Assembly: GCA_040376005.1 (NCBI GenBank)
Contig: JBEIRK010000002.1
Location: 1-51,653 of the forward strand
From: Flavobacteriales bacterium
GTDB lineage: Bacteria; Bacteroidota; Bacteroidia; NS11-12g; UBA955
Direction of reading: 5' to 3'
DNA: 51,653 nucleotides
Position numbers and translations under genes: made by a program. Under the pieces are notes generated by a model that did no database searches, was not told where the DNA came from, and saw only the letters and a list, made by a program, of their open reading frames with translations. Of the stretch, positions 8,863 through 17,751 are shown one piece after another; the stretch's first letter is position 1; each line of letters starts with the position of its first letter.

Positions 8863-9943
8863 AATAAGGGAGTAAATTATTTACCAATGCAGCGCCGTCC
8901 TCATCAAAATAGTTTATTTGAAAAGGGTCAAATGCAATGGCACCGGAATACCAATTGCCGTTAGACCGAACAATTCTTAAATGCAGGCGATAGACATAGT
9001 TGTTTTTGGATATGATTCTATGAATAGAACCCAGCATGGGTGTGCCTTTATCCATGATATCGCCATTGATTAAACGATACAGATCTGTATTGCCAATGAT
9101 GTTCAAAAAGCCACCTGTTCTAGCAGCTATGGAAGCCACCGTTAGGTTGTAATAGCCTTCAAGAAATATAAGGTTGATTTTAATGCCCATTTGCTTCGCC
9201 CGATTGATGATTTGGGTAGTGGTTGCTTTGTTTGCATTGTCAGGCGTATTGCGCACTATGGCGGTTAAATATTTGACGCTATTCTGGTTGTTTTTATCAA
9301 GTTTATCCAGGTAAGCATAAAGGGCGTCCAACAGGTTGGAACTGGCGCCTTCATAGAAATAATATTGCATCAGAATTTTGCCAGATTCTTCGTAGGTTTG
9401 GTTAAATTCATCTCTACTTGAACCAAACCAAACATGCAGTGGATTGCCAATATCTCTATCAAATGCGCCCAGGGCAATTTTATTTGAGGGTTCTGATAAG
9501 GTTTCTAAGAGAGTTTTGTTCAAAGCGCGGGTGCGCAAATTCATGATATCTGCATCATTAAAGTAGTCGCTTTGGTCTATGACTAAGGCATTTGTATAAT
9601 TGATGTTTTCAGAAAGCTGCACACGTTCTACACTGTCCACAATGATGGTGTTGTTGCCAATCACCATGCCCTTAAACGCGCTGTCAGGCAACCATTTAAG
9701 ATCAATGTTGCTGCCGGTACCTACAGCCCCAACATCCATTTGTAGAAACAATTCATTTGCACTGAAGCTTTTATAGCTCACGGAGTGTACAAAGGCATTG
9801 AAACTGCCTATGCCTACCCGTTTGCGTTGGGTTGGTGGTTCCACTTTGCTGCAGGATATGATTGTAAAGCTTAAACCAAGCAATACAAGCAGCCATCTCT
9901 GCAGGGTGATTTGGAAATAATAATTTTTGCGGCGGTCCATCAT
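8846..9943 (-). CDS. Lipoprotein with vWA-like fold and degenerate MIDAS
   Basis: Lipobox LSFTIISC. The beta-alpha pattern resembles vWA: ALVIDQSDY (DxSxS-like but degenerate), ..IALGAF.., NLLDALYAYLDKL, YLTAIVRNTPD, AKQMGIKINLIFL, IAARTGGF. The start overlaps the upstream stop (ATGA). Confidence 0.4.
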   Translation of the reverse strand: MMDRRKNYYFQITLQRWLLVLLGLSFTIISCSKVEPPTQRKRVGIGSFNAFVHSVSYKSFSANELFLQMDVGAVGTGSNIDLKWLPDSAFKGMVIGNNTIIVDSVERVQLSENINYTNALVIDQSDYFNDADIMNLRTRALNKTLLETLSEPSNKIALGAFDRDIGNPLHVWFGSSRDEFNQTYEESGKILMQYYFYEGASSNLLDALYAYLDKLDKNNQNSVKYLTAIVRNTPDNANKATTTQIINRAKQMGIKINLIFLEGYYNLTVASIAARTGGFLNIIGNTDLYRLINGDIMDKGTPMLGSIHRIISKNNYVYRLHLRIVRSNGNWYSGAIAFDPFQINYFDEDGAALVNNLLPYYVQIP

Positions 9944-10695
9944 TCTAAATAAATTTTATAGCCTTTACGCAATTTTTGGAAGTTCAACATTTTGGCCCAT
10001 ACCAAATCCAATTGATACATACGTGCGGTGGGTAGTTCACTGGCTGAGGCCAATATTCTCTGAGAATAACGCAGGCTCACATAGCGGTCATTCTTTTTCA
10101 CTCCTATACCTACAATTGCCTTTTTATATAGGCTTTCCTCATTGTAAAGGGTTCCATACATCTCTTTTTTAGTGGCATAAAGTGTCATTAAAAAAGGATA
10201 ATTATCATCATGAATTTCTGTGAATTGATTTTTGGAAAATTCAAAACCTGCAGTGGCAAAAGGACCGTTGGCTTTGGTGGTCAGCTTTACCAGTCCGATA
10301 AGTCCGAGGGAGATGGAGCCCTGCGAAACCGTCATGTCAAAATGATCTTCATCCAATGAACTGCCCAATGATGAAGGATAATACACAGGAATTTTGAGGC
10401 GTGTTGAAGCCACAAGCCACTCAGTGGTGAACATGAATCGCTTATAATCAATATTTACGTTTATACCCGTTGCAAATCCATTCAAATATTGGTTATGTAT
10501 GGGTTTCCCATCTTTTTTATTGTTGCCTGCATAATAAATAAAATAGGAACTTTTTGGGAAAATATAGGGATCTGCTAAGGTGGTATTGTGAAAGGCAGTG
10601 GTTTGAAGATTGAAGCCCAGACTCAAACGCTGCGCCTGCATATGGCCAGCTGCAATCAAAAAAACCAAGAGAATACCTAGACGTTTCATACGCAT
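9940..10695 (-). CDS. Exported hypothetical protein (beta-rich, family unknown)
   Basis: Signal peptide MRMKRLGILLVFLIAAGHMQAQ. Alternating hydrophobic and aromatic residues. Its start codon overlaps the upstream stop by 1 nt (TAATG at 10693-10697). Confidence 0.5.
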   Translation of the reverse strand: MRMKRLGILLVFLIAAGHMQAQRLSLGFNLQTTAFHNTTLADPYIFPKSSYFIYYAGNNKKDGKPIHNQYLNGFATGINVNIDYKRFMFTTEWLVASTRLKIPVYYPSSLGSSLDEDHFDMTVSQGSISLGLIGLVKLTTKANGPFATAGFEFSKNQFTEIHDDNYPFLMTLYATKKEMYGTLYNEESLYKKAIVGIGVKKNDRYVSLRYSQRILASASELPTARMYQLDLVWAKMLNFQKLRKGYKIYLE

Positions 10696-11282
10696 TAGTG
10701 CACGATTTTGTAAGTGAGTTTGAAGTTATTAAAACCGTGGTCTAACAGGGTATAAGGTATTATCTTATCATACCACGACTGCAATCCCCACTTGAGTTCC
10801 CAATCGCGGTACTGCACATCCAAAAGGTATAAAATGGTGTGCATTTCCTTTTCTTTAAATGTGGTATTGTATGAAATATTCAACTCCCAACCTCCTAAAA
10901 AGGAACCCCGAATCGTGTTATTTCCAAGGGCGAGCAATTTGAAATCGGTCATAAGATTGAATTTGTAGAACCGATTGGGATAATATTCTGCTTTTAATCC
11001 TACACCTATATTTTGTGGTAAATCATCTACCCCAATTTTAAACATATAACCCAGTCCAATACCGCTATTGATGCCTCTTTTCACATTCCCCAGATCGCGT
11101 TCTTTGTGGTCCAAATCGTATACCAAATTTGAGGAAAAATGCAGTTCATGCCAATAGGTGAGCATGGGTGCAATGCGGTTTGGCCTATAGTAAGTAAACC
11201 CAGAATCTAGTGTTTGCGTATGGGCCACATTCAGTTGCCAGAAAACCATGAAACCAATGCTTAGAAATTTTAAATATTTCAT
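10695..11282 (-). CDS. Exported hypothetical protein (beta-rich, family unknown)
   Basis: Signal peptide MKYLKFLSIGFMVFWQLNVAHTQ. 195 aa rich in Tyr, Gly and Asn. A 3-nt gap separates it from the upstream caspase gene. Confidence 0.5.
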   Translation of the reverse strand: MKYLKFLSIGFMVFWQLNVAHTQTLDSGFTYYRPNRIAPMLTYWHELHFSSNLVYDLDHKERDLGNVKRGINSGIGLGYMFKIGVDDLPQNIGVGLKAEYYPNRFYKFNLMTDFKLLALGNNTIRGSFLGGWELNISYNTTFKEKEMHTILYLLDVQYRDWELKWGLQSWYDKIIPYTLLDHGFNNFKLTYKIVH

Positions 11283-11285
11283 GCT

Positions 11286-13286
11286 TTATTCTGGGGCAAT
11301 TTCAAAAACCAAATCAAAGACGCTTCCATTGGCATTGCTAGTTTTCACAGAAAGGTTACTGCCTCTGTGCAGCTGTTTGCTGGTATGGGCGATATTTTCA
11401 AGTACGCCCAGATTTCCTCTAAAAGCTTCTGGATTTTTCATTGCAATAATATCTTCTAAATTCAGAATCTTTTTGGAGATAAAAATTTTATATATCTCGG
11501 TTCCATAGGGCTCACCCAAGCCAATTTCATAATCCGTGAATATGCGTGTTTCACCTGCTTCAATTTTTAAGTCGCGGTCATACACACCTGCTTCTCTGTT
11601 GGGTAGAATGGCCGACATTCGGCCATCGGGTTGCAGGTCAAGAATATTAATATATATAGGAAACTTGCTGGAGTTGCTTACTTTTAAGGTGAAGTAATCT
11701 TCTGTGGTGAAGGTGAGCACACCCGCGCGATAGTGTTCCATAATAACGGCCGTGTCGGGCATGCTGTTCCGAATGGGAACCAAGGCTACCTTTACTTTTA
11801 TGGTGGAGTCAGGAATGCTGATGGCCCTAAGATATTTATACTGCACATATTGTGTAAGCAGCATTTTCAGTGATTCATAATATTGGGCATCATGCGGTAT
11901 TCCTGCAAAATAGAGTCCATTATGTACCAAAAATAGAGAGTCTTTTTCTTTGCCTTTTTTCAATAGCAATTCACCGCTTCCTCGGTAAACAATTTGGGGA
12001 ATTTGGGTAAGTGCTTGTTGTATCTCCTGAATTTCTTTTTGCTGAAAGCCGATATTTTTAAACTCTTTTTTATAGGCTTGAAAAAGCAATACAACAGAAT
12101 CTATAGTATACACTGGTTCTAGCGGAAAAACCCAGGTATTGGTAGGTTGTGATTTGTACGTTTTTAGGGTTTGTATGGTTGCCTTATAAGAACTGGAGTT
12201 TACAACGATGCCAGTGTCCGCAGCTACAGCTTGTTGTGGATTTAGGGTTCCTGCGGGCATGAGCACCACTTTGGCTCCGGGGTTCAGCCCTAAAAAGCGT
12301 CCTCCTGAAATTTCAAAGAGGGTAGGGCTTAGGAATTTCTCTATTTCCACATAGGGTAGTTGAAGCTCAAACTTGCCTCCAAACAACTGACGGTCTATGC
12401 CATCGCCTTCCAATACGGGATGTTGCCCCTGAATTTTAGCATTAATTATAGATTGAATTTTGCTAAAAAAGCCCCTGTAAGTAATGCCACTTTCTAATTG
12501 TTCAATAGCCTTGCAAAAGGCATAGGAAAGCGAGCCCATGCTTTGATTGTCTTCTGTCAGTACTTCAAAGGCCAATTCTTCTGCTCTAGCTGCTGAAAAA
12601 ACCACATACGGGGCCAGGTTATTGGCATCCACTTTTGCATCCCTGAAAACCTCAGGATTCGTGGTTTTTGAGGCAGGTTTTTTAAAGTTGGGGGAAACCA
12701 AGGGTTGCACACCTCCTCTGGTTTTGTTTTGCCCACGCGAGCCGGAGCCAGAGTGGCAGGCATCTATCACTACAATCAAATCACCTGTAGGTCCGAGTAT
12801 TTCCCTTAGTTTTAGTACATGCTGTCCGAATATATCGTCGCGCAGATACTCGGCTGTATCGTTGGCGAAATTGCTGGCCTTAGCGGGTGCTACGCTGTGG
12901 TAGGTTACAATGGCCTCATCCAGTCCGTCGGGCTCATCATGGTTGTCGTCTTCTATTTGTTCCCCATGCGTAGAAAAGTGTATGAGCAGTACATCGCCAG
13001 GTTTGATGCTGCTGTATAAAGCCCTTAGGGTAGTTTCTATAGCGCTACGTGAAGCTTGGGAATCGATAAGGGTGTAGATTTGACTATCGTTAAAACCTTG
13101 ATTGCGCAGGGCAGTTTGCAAAAAGGGCACATCTTTGTTTCCAGAAATACTGCCCCATCCACCCTCTTTGGGATAGTCGCCAATAGCCACAATAAGGGCA
13201 TGCTTTGTTGAGGGCTTAGGCTGTGAAAATCCTGTTGTATAAAATACAGTGAAGGCAATACCCAGTATGAAGTGTTTAATCTTCAA
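11286..13286 (-). CDS. Exported caspase-like (peptidase C14) protein with long C-terminal beta-rich extension (DUF4384-like end)
   Basis: Signal peptide MKIKHFILGIAFTVFYTTGFSQ. Motifs HALIVAIGDY, HFSTHG (His codon 12966-12968) and VVIDACHSGSG (Cys codon 12756-12758). The C-terminal segment FTLKVSNSSKFPIYINILDLQPDGRMSAILPN resembles DUF4384, but that is my recollection only. Confidence 0.75.
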   Translation of the reverse strand: MKIKHFILGIAFTVFYTTGFSQPKPSTKHALIVAIGDYPKEGGWGSISGNKDVPFLQTALRNQGFNDSQIYTLIDSQASRSAIETTLRALYSSIKPGDVLLIHFSTHGEQIEDDNHDEPDGLDEAIVTYHSVAPAKASNFANDTAEYLRDDIFGQHVLKLREILGPTGDLIVVIDACHSGSGSRGQNKTRGGVQPLVSPNFKKPASKTTNPEVFRDAKVDANNLAPYVVFSAARAEELAFEVLTEDNQSMGSLSYAFCKAIEQLESGITYRGFFSKIQSIINAKIQGQHPVLEGDGIDRQLFGGKFELQLPYVEIEKFLSPTLFEISGGRFLGLNPGAKVVLMPAGTLNPQQAVAADTGIVVNSSSYKATIQTLKTYKSQPTNTWVFPLEPVYTIDSVVLLFQAYKKEFKNIGFQQKEIQEIQQALTQIPQIVYRGSGELLLKKGKEKDSLFLVHNGLYFAGIPHDAQYYESLKMLLTQYVQYKYLRAISIPDSTIKVKVALVPIRNSMPDTAVIMEHYRAGVLTFTTEDYFTLKVSNSSKFPIYINILDLQPDGRMSAILPNREAGVYDRDLKIEAGETRIFTDYEIGLGEPYGTEIYKIFISKKILNLEDIIAMKNPEAFRGNLGVLENIAHTSKQLHRGSNLSVKTSNANGSVFDLVFEIAPE

Positions 13287-14257
13287 TCCTTAAGAAGTTT
13301 TAACAACTGGTTGGATCCTTCTTTTATAATTTCAGTTGAATTTTCTGCGAGCTTGGTTTTAATAAATTTTTCTTTGCCTGTTTCTTTAACAGAAACTTCG
13401 ATGCGATAGCTGCCTTGGTTGTATATCTGTAACAGTTCTTTTTCTTCGTCAAAGGCAAATCCACAAGAACGCGGAATAAGAAAACTGTAGCCACCAACAG
13501 GATCGCCAGCTAGGGAATCATAATAGGACTTGTATTCTGCACTTTCTGGATTCAGGGGCATATTGCGTAGGTTTAAATTGAATTTCCCTACCAATACATT
13601 GTCATAAAAATTCCCAGATGCAGTAACATAGGATGTATAGAATCGGATTTCGAGATCCATATTCATTTTATCATCGATATTCTTGTTTCCCCAGGTCCAT
13701 GGCACATACCATTTGGTGGTTGAGGCCTTTGCTTTTGAATACACAAGATGCAGGTCTTTAATGCGCAAACGAAACACAGAACTATTTAATATTTCGTATT
13801 TTTGGGTAGTATCAATTAAAAAAGTAGCACTCAATGCAGTGGTATCTTTTTTCCGAATTTTTATATCGCGTTTTATTTCTAAGCCTTTAAATTGTATTCC
13901 AGTTGGATCAAAATGTCCTGTATTTGAAATCTGATCATAGAAGTAGAGGTCGCTAACCGATTGGCCATAGCTTGCTGTGAACTGTGATTTGTCTATGGCG
14001 ATAAGCTTGTCTACACCCATAGCAGCAAGCGACACCAATTCACCCACCCCGAATCCTCTAGAACTCGCGCCGCGCATGGCTAGGGTAGGGATTTGTTGGG
14101 TTTTAAGTGTGTGAAGACGCAAATATGAGGAATCTTCAATTACGCTAAGCCGCATGGTTTCGCCTTTGCGTTTATTGGAGTATTTTGAACCCACACAGCT
14201 ATGCAAAGCTGCGCCGAGCAGTGCTATATAAATTGTGTTTTTGAGTGTGTTTACCAT
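13283..14257 (-). CDS. Lipoprotein, family unknown (first gene of the caspase cluster)
   Basis: Lipobox LLGAALHSC. 324 aa. Its stop overlaps the next start (ATGA at 13283-13286). Confidence 0.5.
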   Translation of the reverse strand: MVNTLKNTIYIALLGAALHSCVGSKYSNKRKGETMRLSVIEDSSYLRLHTLKTQQIPTLAMRGASSRGFGVGELVSLAAMGVDKLIAIDKSQFTASYGQSVSDLYFYDQISNTGHFDPTGIQFKGLEIKRDIKIRKKDTTALSATFLIDTTQKYEILNSSVFRLRIKDLHLVYSKAKASTTKWYVPWTWGNKNIDDKMNMDLEIRFYTSYVTASGNFYDNVLVGKFNLNLRNMPLNPESAEYKSYYDSLAGDPVGGYSFLIPRSCGFAFDEEKELLQIYNQGSYRIEVSVKETGKEKFIKTKLAENSTEIIKEGSNQLLKLLKD

Positions 14258-14272
14258 AGCAGATGATAAAGT

Positions 14273-14635
14273 CTATTTGTCTTCAATAATGGCTTCCAGG
14301 GTCTCAGGATCTCGTGCTACCCAAGCCTTGTTTTGTCCAACGATGATGGGTCTTTCGAGTAGTATGGGATGTTCTATAATCGCATCAATCCATTGATCAT
14401 CAGAAAGGGATTTGCCGGCGTATAATTCCTTAAAAATATCTTCTTTTTTTCGAATCACTTCTAGGGGGTTTTTCCTGAGTAAAGTGAATACTTTTTTCAG
14501 GGTATTTTTATCTGGAACTGCTTTAAGATACTCAGTAATTTCACATGCTAAATGCGCGGATTCCAGTGCAGATTTTGCGGTTCTGCATTTGCCACATTTA
14601 GCATTGTAATAGATTATGTATACCTTATTCGGCAT
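14273..14635 (-). CDS. ArsC/Spx-family (YffB-like) thioredoxin-fold protein
   Basis: The N-terminus reads KVYIIYYNAKCGKCRTAK, and the C-terminal part has ILLERPIIV. I moved the start from the ORF-track Met (14698) to ATG 14635 (MPNKVYIIYY). The longer form would overlap the upstream permease by 74 nt. Confidence 0.65.
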   Translation of the reverse strand: MPNKVYIIYYNAKCGKCRTAKSALESAHLACEITEYLKAVPDKNTLKKVFTLLRKNPLEVIRKKEDIFKELYAGKSLSDDQWIDAIIEHPILLERPIIVGQNKAWVARDPETLEAIIEDK

Positions 14636-16082
14636 GCTTTTGATTCTTTTGTATAAACCAATAGATGGGTATTCCCAAGGCAACAATTCCCAGACCAATG
14701 GAGGCTGTAAGTGTTTTGAACCACAAGATATCTAAGCCCACATATAGGGCAATGGCTATAAAAAGAAGGGGAACCCAAGGATAGGCCAATACTTTGTATG
14801 GACGTTCAGCTTCAGGCTCTTTTTTGCGCAATACGATAAGCGCAGCAGCAGTAATGATATAGAAAATTAGGGCTGCAAAAATGCAGTAGTCAAGCAATTG
14901 GCCATAAGTACCCGAAAGGCAAAGCACAGAAGCCCAAACGCATTGAATCCACAAGGCGGAGGCGGGTACATTATTTTTGTTTAATTGTGCTGCTTTTTTG
15001 AAGAACAATCCATCGTCTGCCATAGCCTTGTAGAGTCTTGCACCTGCGAGAATAAGGCCATTGTTGCAGCCAAAAGTTGAAATCATAATGAGTGCAGCCA
15101 TCAACAATTCACCGTTGCTGCCTAAGATCATTGACGCAGCTGCAGAGCCTACACGGTCATTTACGGCATGTGAAATGCCTTGTGCTTCAATACTTGGAAA
15201 TATACCACCCTGAAGCGGTAACAGGCTCATATACGCCACATTGGCAAGTACATAAATTACGGTAACGATTAAGGTACCGGCAAACAAGCTTTTTGGAATG
15301 TTTTTCGAAGGGTTTTCGATATCACCAGCAATAAAGGTTACGTTATTCCAGGCGTCACTGCTGAACAGTGAACCCACCATAGCGATACCGAGAGCACCTG
15401 CAATGCCCCAGCCACCTATGGGTTGCCAGCTGCCTGTGGTAGCGTTCTCGGATGTTACGTATGTTGCGGCACTCCATGCCTCTTTCCAGTTGTTGCTGAA
15501 AAAATCAAATTGAGATGCGAAGTAAAAACCGCAGAGTATAAGACCGAAAAGGGCTAGCAATTTGGTAAATGTGAAAATCCTCTGAATCCATTTGGCTTCC
15601 TGCACTCCACGGCTATTTACCCATGTTAAAAACAGTACCAACAAAATGGCAACAATTTTACCGCGGGTAAAGTTGTAGGCATCAGCACCTGAACCTATGC
15701 TAAACAGGATGCCATCCTTGCCATCGCCTAGGGCGGGAACAAACACGCCTAGGTACTTGGCGAAAGCCATAGCTACAGCGGCAATTACACCGGTTTGAAT
15801 AACGGTGAATACCGACCAACCATAGACAAATCCCGCGAGTTTCCCGAAGGCGCGTTGGATATACATGTATTGGCCACCTGCCTTTGGCATCATGCCTGCC
15901 AGTTCGCTGTATGTAAGTGCACCAAGCAGTGTGAAAAGTCCTGAGACAAGCCAAGCCACGAGCACCCATCCTGCAGAACCGAGCAATCGGCTCATATCGG
16001 CAGCTACGATAAAAATACCGCTGCCAATCATACTGCCAGACACAATTAAAGTTGCGTCTAGGGCAGTGAGTTTTTTATTCAT
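14625..16082 (-). CDS. APC-superfamily amino acid permease
   Basis: 485 aa with ~12 predicted TM helices and an N-terminus typical of APC transporters (LDATLIVSGSMIGSGIF). Confidence 0.8.
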   Translation of the reverse strand: MNKKLTALDATLIVSGSMIGSGIFIVAADMSRLLGSAGWVLVAWLVSGLFTLLGALTYSELAGMMPKAGGQYMYIQRAFGKLAGFVYGWSVFTVIQTGVIAAVAMAFAKYLGVFVPALGDGKDGILFSIGSGADAYNFTRGKIVAILLVLFLTWVNSRGVQEAKWIQRIFTFTKLLALFGLILCGFYFASQFDFFSNNWKEAWSAATYVTSENATTGSWQPIGGWGIAGALGIAMVGSLFSSDAWNNVTFIAGDIENPSKNIPKSLFAGTLIVTVIYVLANVAYMSLLPLQGGIFPSIEAQGISHAVNDRVGSAAASMILGSNGELLMAALIMISTFGCNNGLILAGARLYKAMADDGLFFKKAAQLNKNNVPASALWIQCVWASVLCLSGTYGQLLDYCIFAALIFYIITAAALIVLRKKEPEAERPYKVLAYPWVPLLFIAIALYVGLDILWFKTLTASIGLGIVALGIPIYWFIQKNQKHAE

Positions 16083-16086
16083 AAAA

Positions 16087-17751
16087 TTAGTCAGAGTTAA
16101 GTATGGTATGGTTTGGGTCAGAGGACTTTTGCATAATTCCCAAGGTAAGAATTACGACGCCTATGGCCGACCAAATGGACAATTCAAGCCAGACAGGGAA
16201 ATGAACAAAATAGTTAATGCCGAGGGTAAGCGCAATCATGCTCACGCCTACCAAGAATGGTGTTTTATTCATTTTAAAATTGCTGGCATGGTGCAATTTA
16301 CTTCTGTTAATACTGTAACCAAAATAAATCAAAAAGCCCAAATCAAGCCAAATTACCAAACGCAACCAGTTGGTCCAGCCCAATCCCAAGATCATGAGGA
16401 AACACACAACCATTCCGAGAATAGGCAACAAAGGAACCAAGGGGGTTTTGAATTTGCGTGGCAAATCAGGATCAGTTTTGCGCAGAATAATTACTGCTGC
16501 ACACACAAGTATGAAGGCAAATAAGGTTCCAATACTGGTCATGTCACCTACGATATCACCAGGTACAAATGCAGCAAACAAACCTACAATGACCATGATA
16601 ATTAGGTTCGCTTTGTATGGGGTTTTAAACTTAGGGTGAATGGCGCTAAAGAAGTTTGGCAATAAACCATCGTTACCCATACTGTAAAACACCCTAGATT
16701 GCCCCAAAAGCATAACCAAAATTACACTGCTGAAACCCGCAAGAATGGCTATAGTTACGAAATTGCCCAACCAATGAAAACCGGGCATGTATTTATTGAT
16801 GGCAAAGGCTACAGAAGCTTCTTTACCTGTGGTTCTGAAATCTTCTACTGTGGCCACACCGGTAAGTACGTGTGCAAATAAAATGTAAAGAATGGTGCAA
16901 ATACCTAGCGAGCCCAAAATGCCCCAAGGCATGTCTTTGCCTGGGTTTTTTGCCTCTTGTGCAGCAGTACTTACGGCATCAAATCCAATAAAGGCGAAGA
17001 ATACCACACCGGCAGCACCTACTATGCCCCAAAATCCTCCAAAATGGTGTGAAATACCCTGGGGATCCACATAGGTAGTAGGCTCTGGTATATATGGGGT
17101 GTGGTTGGCAGGCTGCATAAAGCCCCAGCCAATACTGATGATGAGTAGTACAATAGCTACTTTCACCACAACAATGAGGTTGTTAAAGAAAGCCGACTCT
17201 TTGGTACCGCGAATCAACAGAAGACTCAACACGGTTACAATGCCAAAGGCAGGCAAATTCAAGATACCACGCACCCCGCCTGCAGATTTTTCGAATGGGC
17301 TATGGCACCATTCATATGCGACGGCTTTGACGTGAAAGACATTGACCAACAGGTTATTTAAGTATTCACTCCAAGCGATGCCCACAGTTGCGGCACCTAC
17401 AGCATACTCCAAGACCAAGTCCCAACCAATAATCCATGCAAAAAGCTCACCCATTGTGGCATAGCTATAGGTGTATGCACTGCCCGCAATAGGAATTGAG
17501 GATGAAAGTTCGGCATAGCAAAGGCCGGCTAATGCACAACCAATGGCGGCCAATATAAAGCCATACGTAACAGAGGGGCCCGCATTCTGCGCAGCAGCAG
17601 CAGCGGTTCTAACGAACAATCCGGCACCAATAATGGCGCCAATACCTAAGCCAATAAGACTTCTGCGACTTAAGGTTTGTTTGAGTTGGTTGGTGCCGGC
17701 TACGGCATCCGCATACAGCGTGTGTATTGGTTTTTTAGTAAACAATCCCAT
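16087..17751 (-). CDS. APC-superfamily amino acid permease (cationic-amino-acid-transporter-like, extra C-terminal TM helices)
   Basis: 554 aa. It has the GIGAIIGAGLFV motif and a polytopic profile. A 4-nt gap separates it from the downstream permease. Confidence 0.8.
   Translation of the reverse strand: MGLFTKKPIHTLYADAVAGTNQLKQTLSRRSLIGLGIGAIIGAGLFVRTAAAAAQNAGPSVTYGFILAAIGCALAGLCYAELSSSIPIAGSAYTYSYATMGELFAWIIGWDLVLEYAVGAATVGIAWSEYLNNLLVNVFHVKAVAYEWCHSPFEKSAGGVRGILNLPAFGIVTVLSLLLIRGTKESAFFNNLIVVVKVAIVLLIISIGWGFMQPANHTPYIPEPTTYVDPQGISHHFGGFWGIVGAAGVVFFAFIGFDAVSTAAQEAKNPGKDMPWGILGSLGICTILYILFAHVLTGVATVEDFRTTGKEASVAFAINKYMPGFHWLGNFVTIAILAGFSSVILVMLLGQSRVFYSMGNDGLLPNFFSAIHPKFKTPYKANLIIMVIVGLFAAFVPGDIVGDMTSIGTLFAFILVCAAVIILRKTDPDLPRKFKTPLVPLLPILGMVVCFLMILGLGWTNWLRLVIWLDLGFLIYFGYSINRSKLHHASNFKMNKTPFLVGVSMIALTLGINYFVHFPVWLELSIWSAIGVVILTLGIMQKSSDPNHTILNSD

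Noticed and set aside
15865-16524. 219-aa plus-strand ORF
   Set aside because: It lies entirely antisense to, and spans the junction of, two well-supported APC permease genes. Its composition is low-complexity and it has no recognisable motif.
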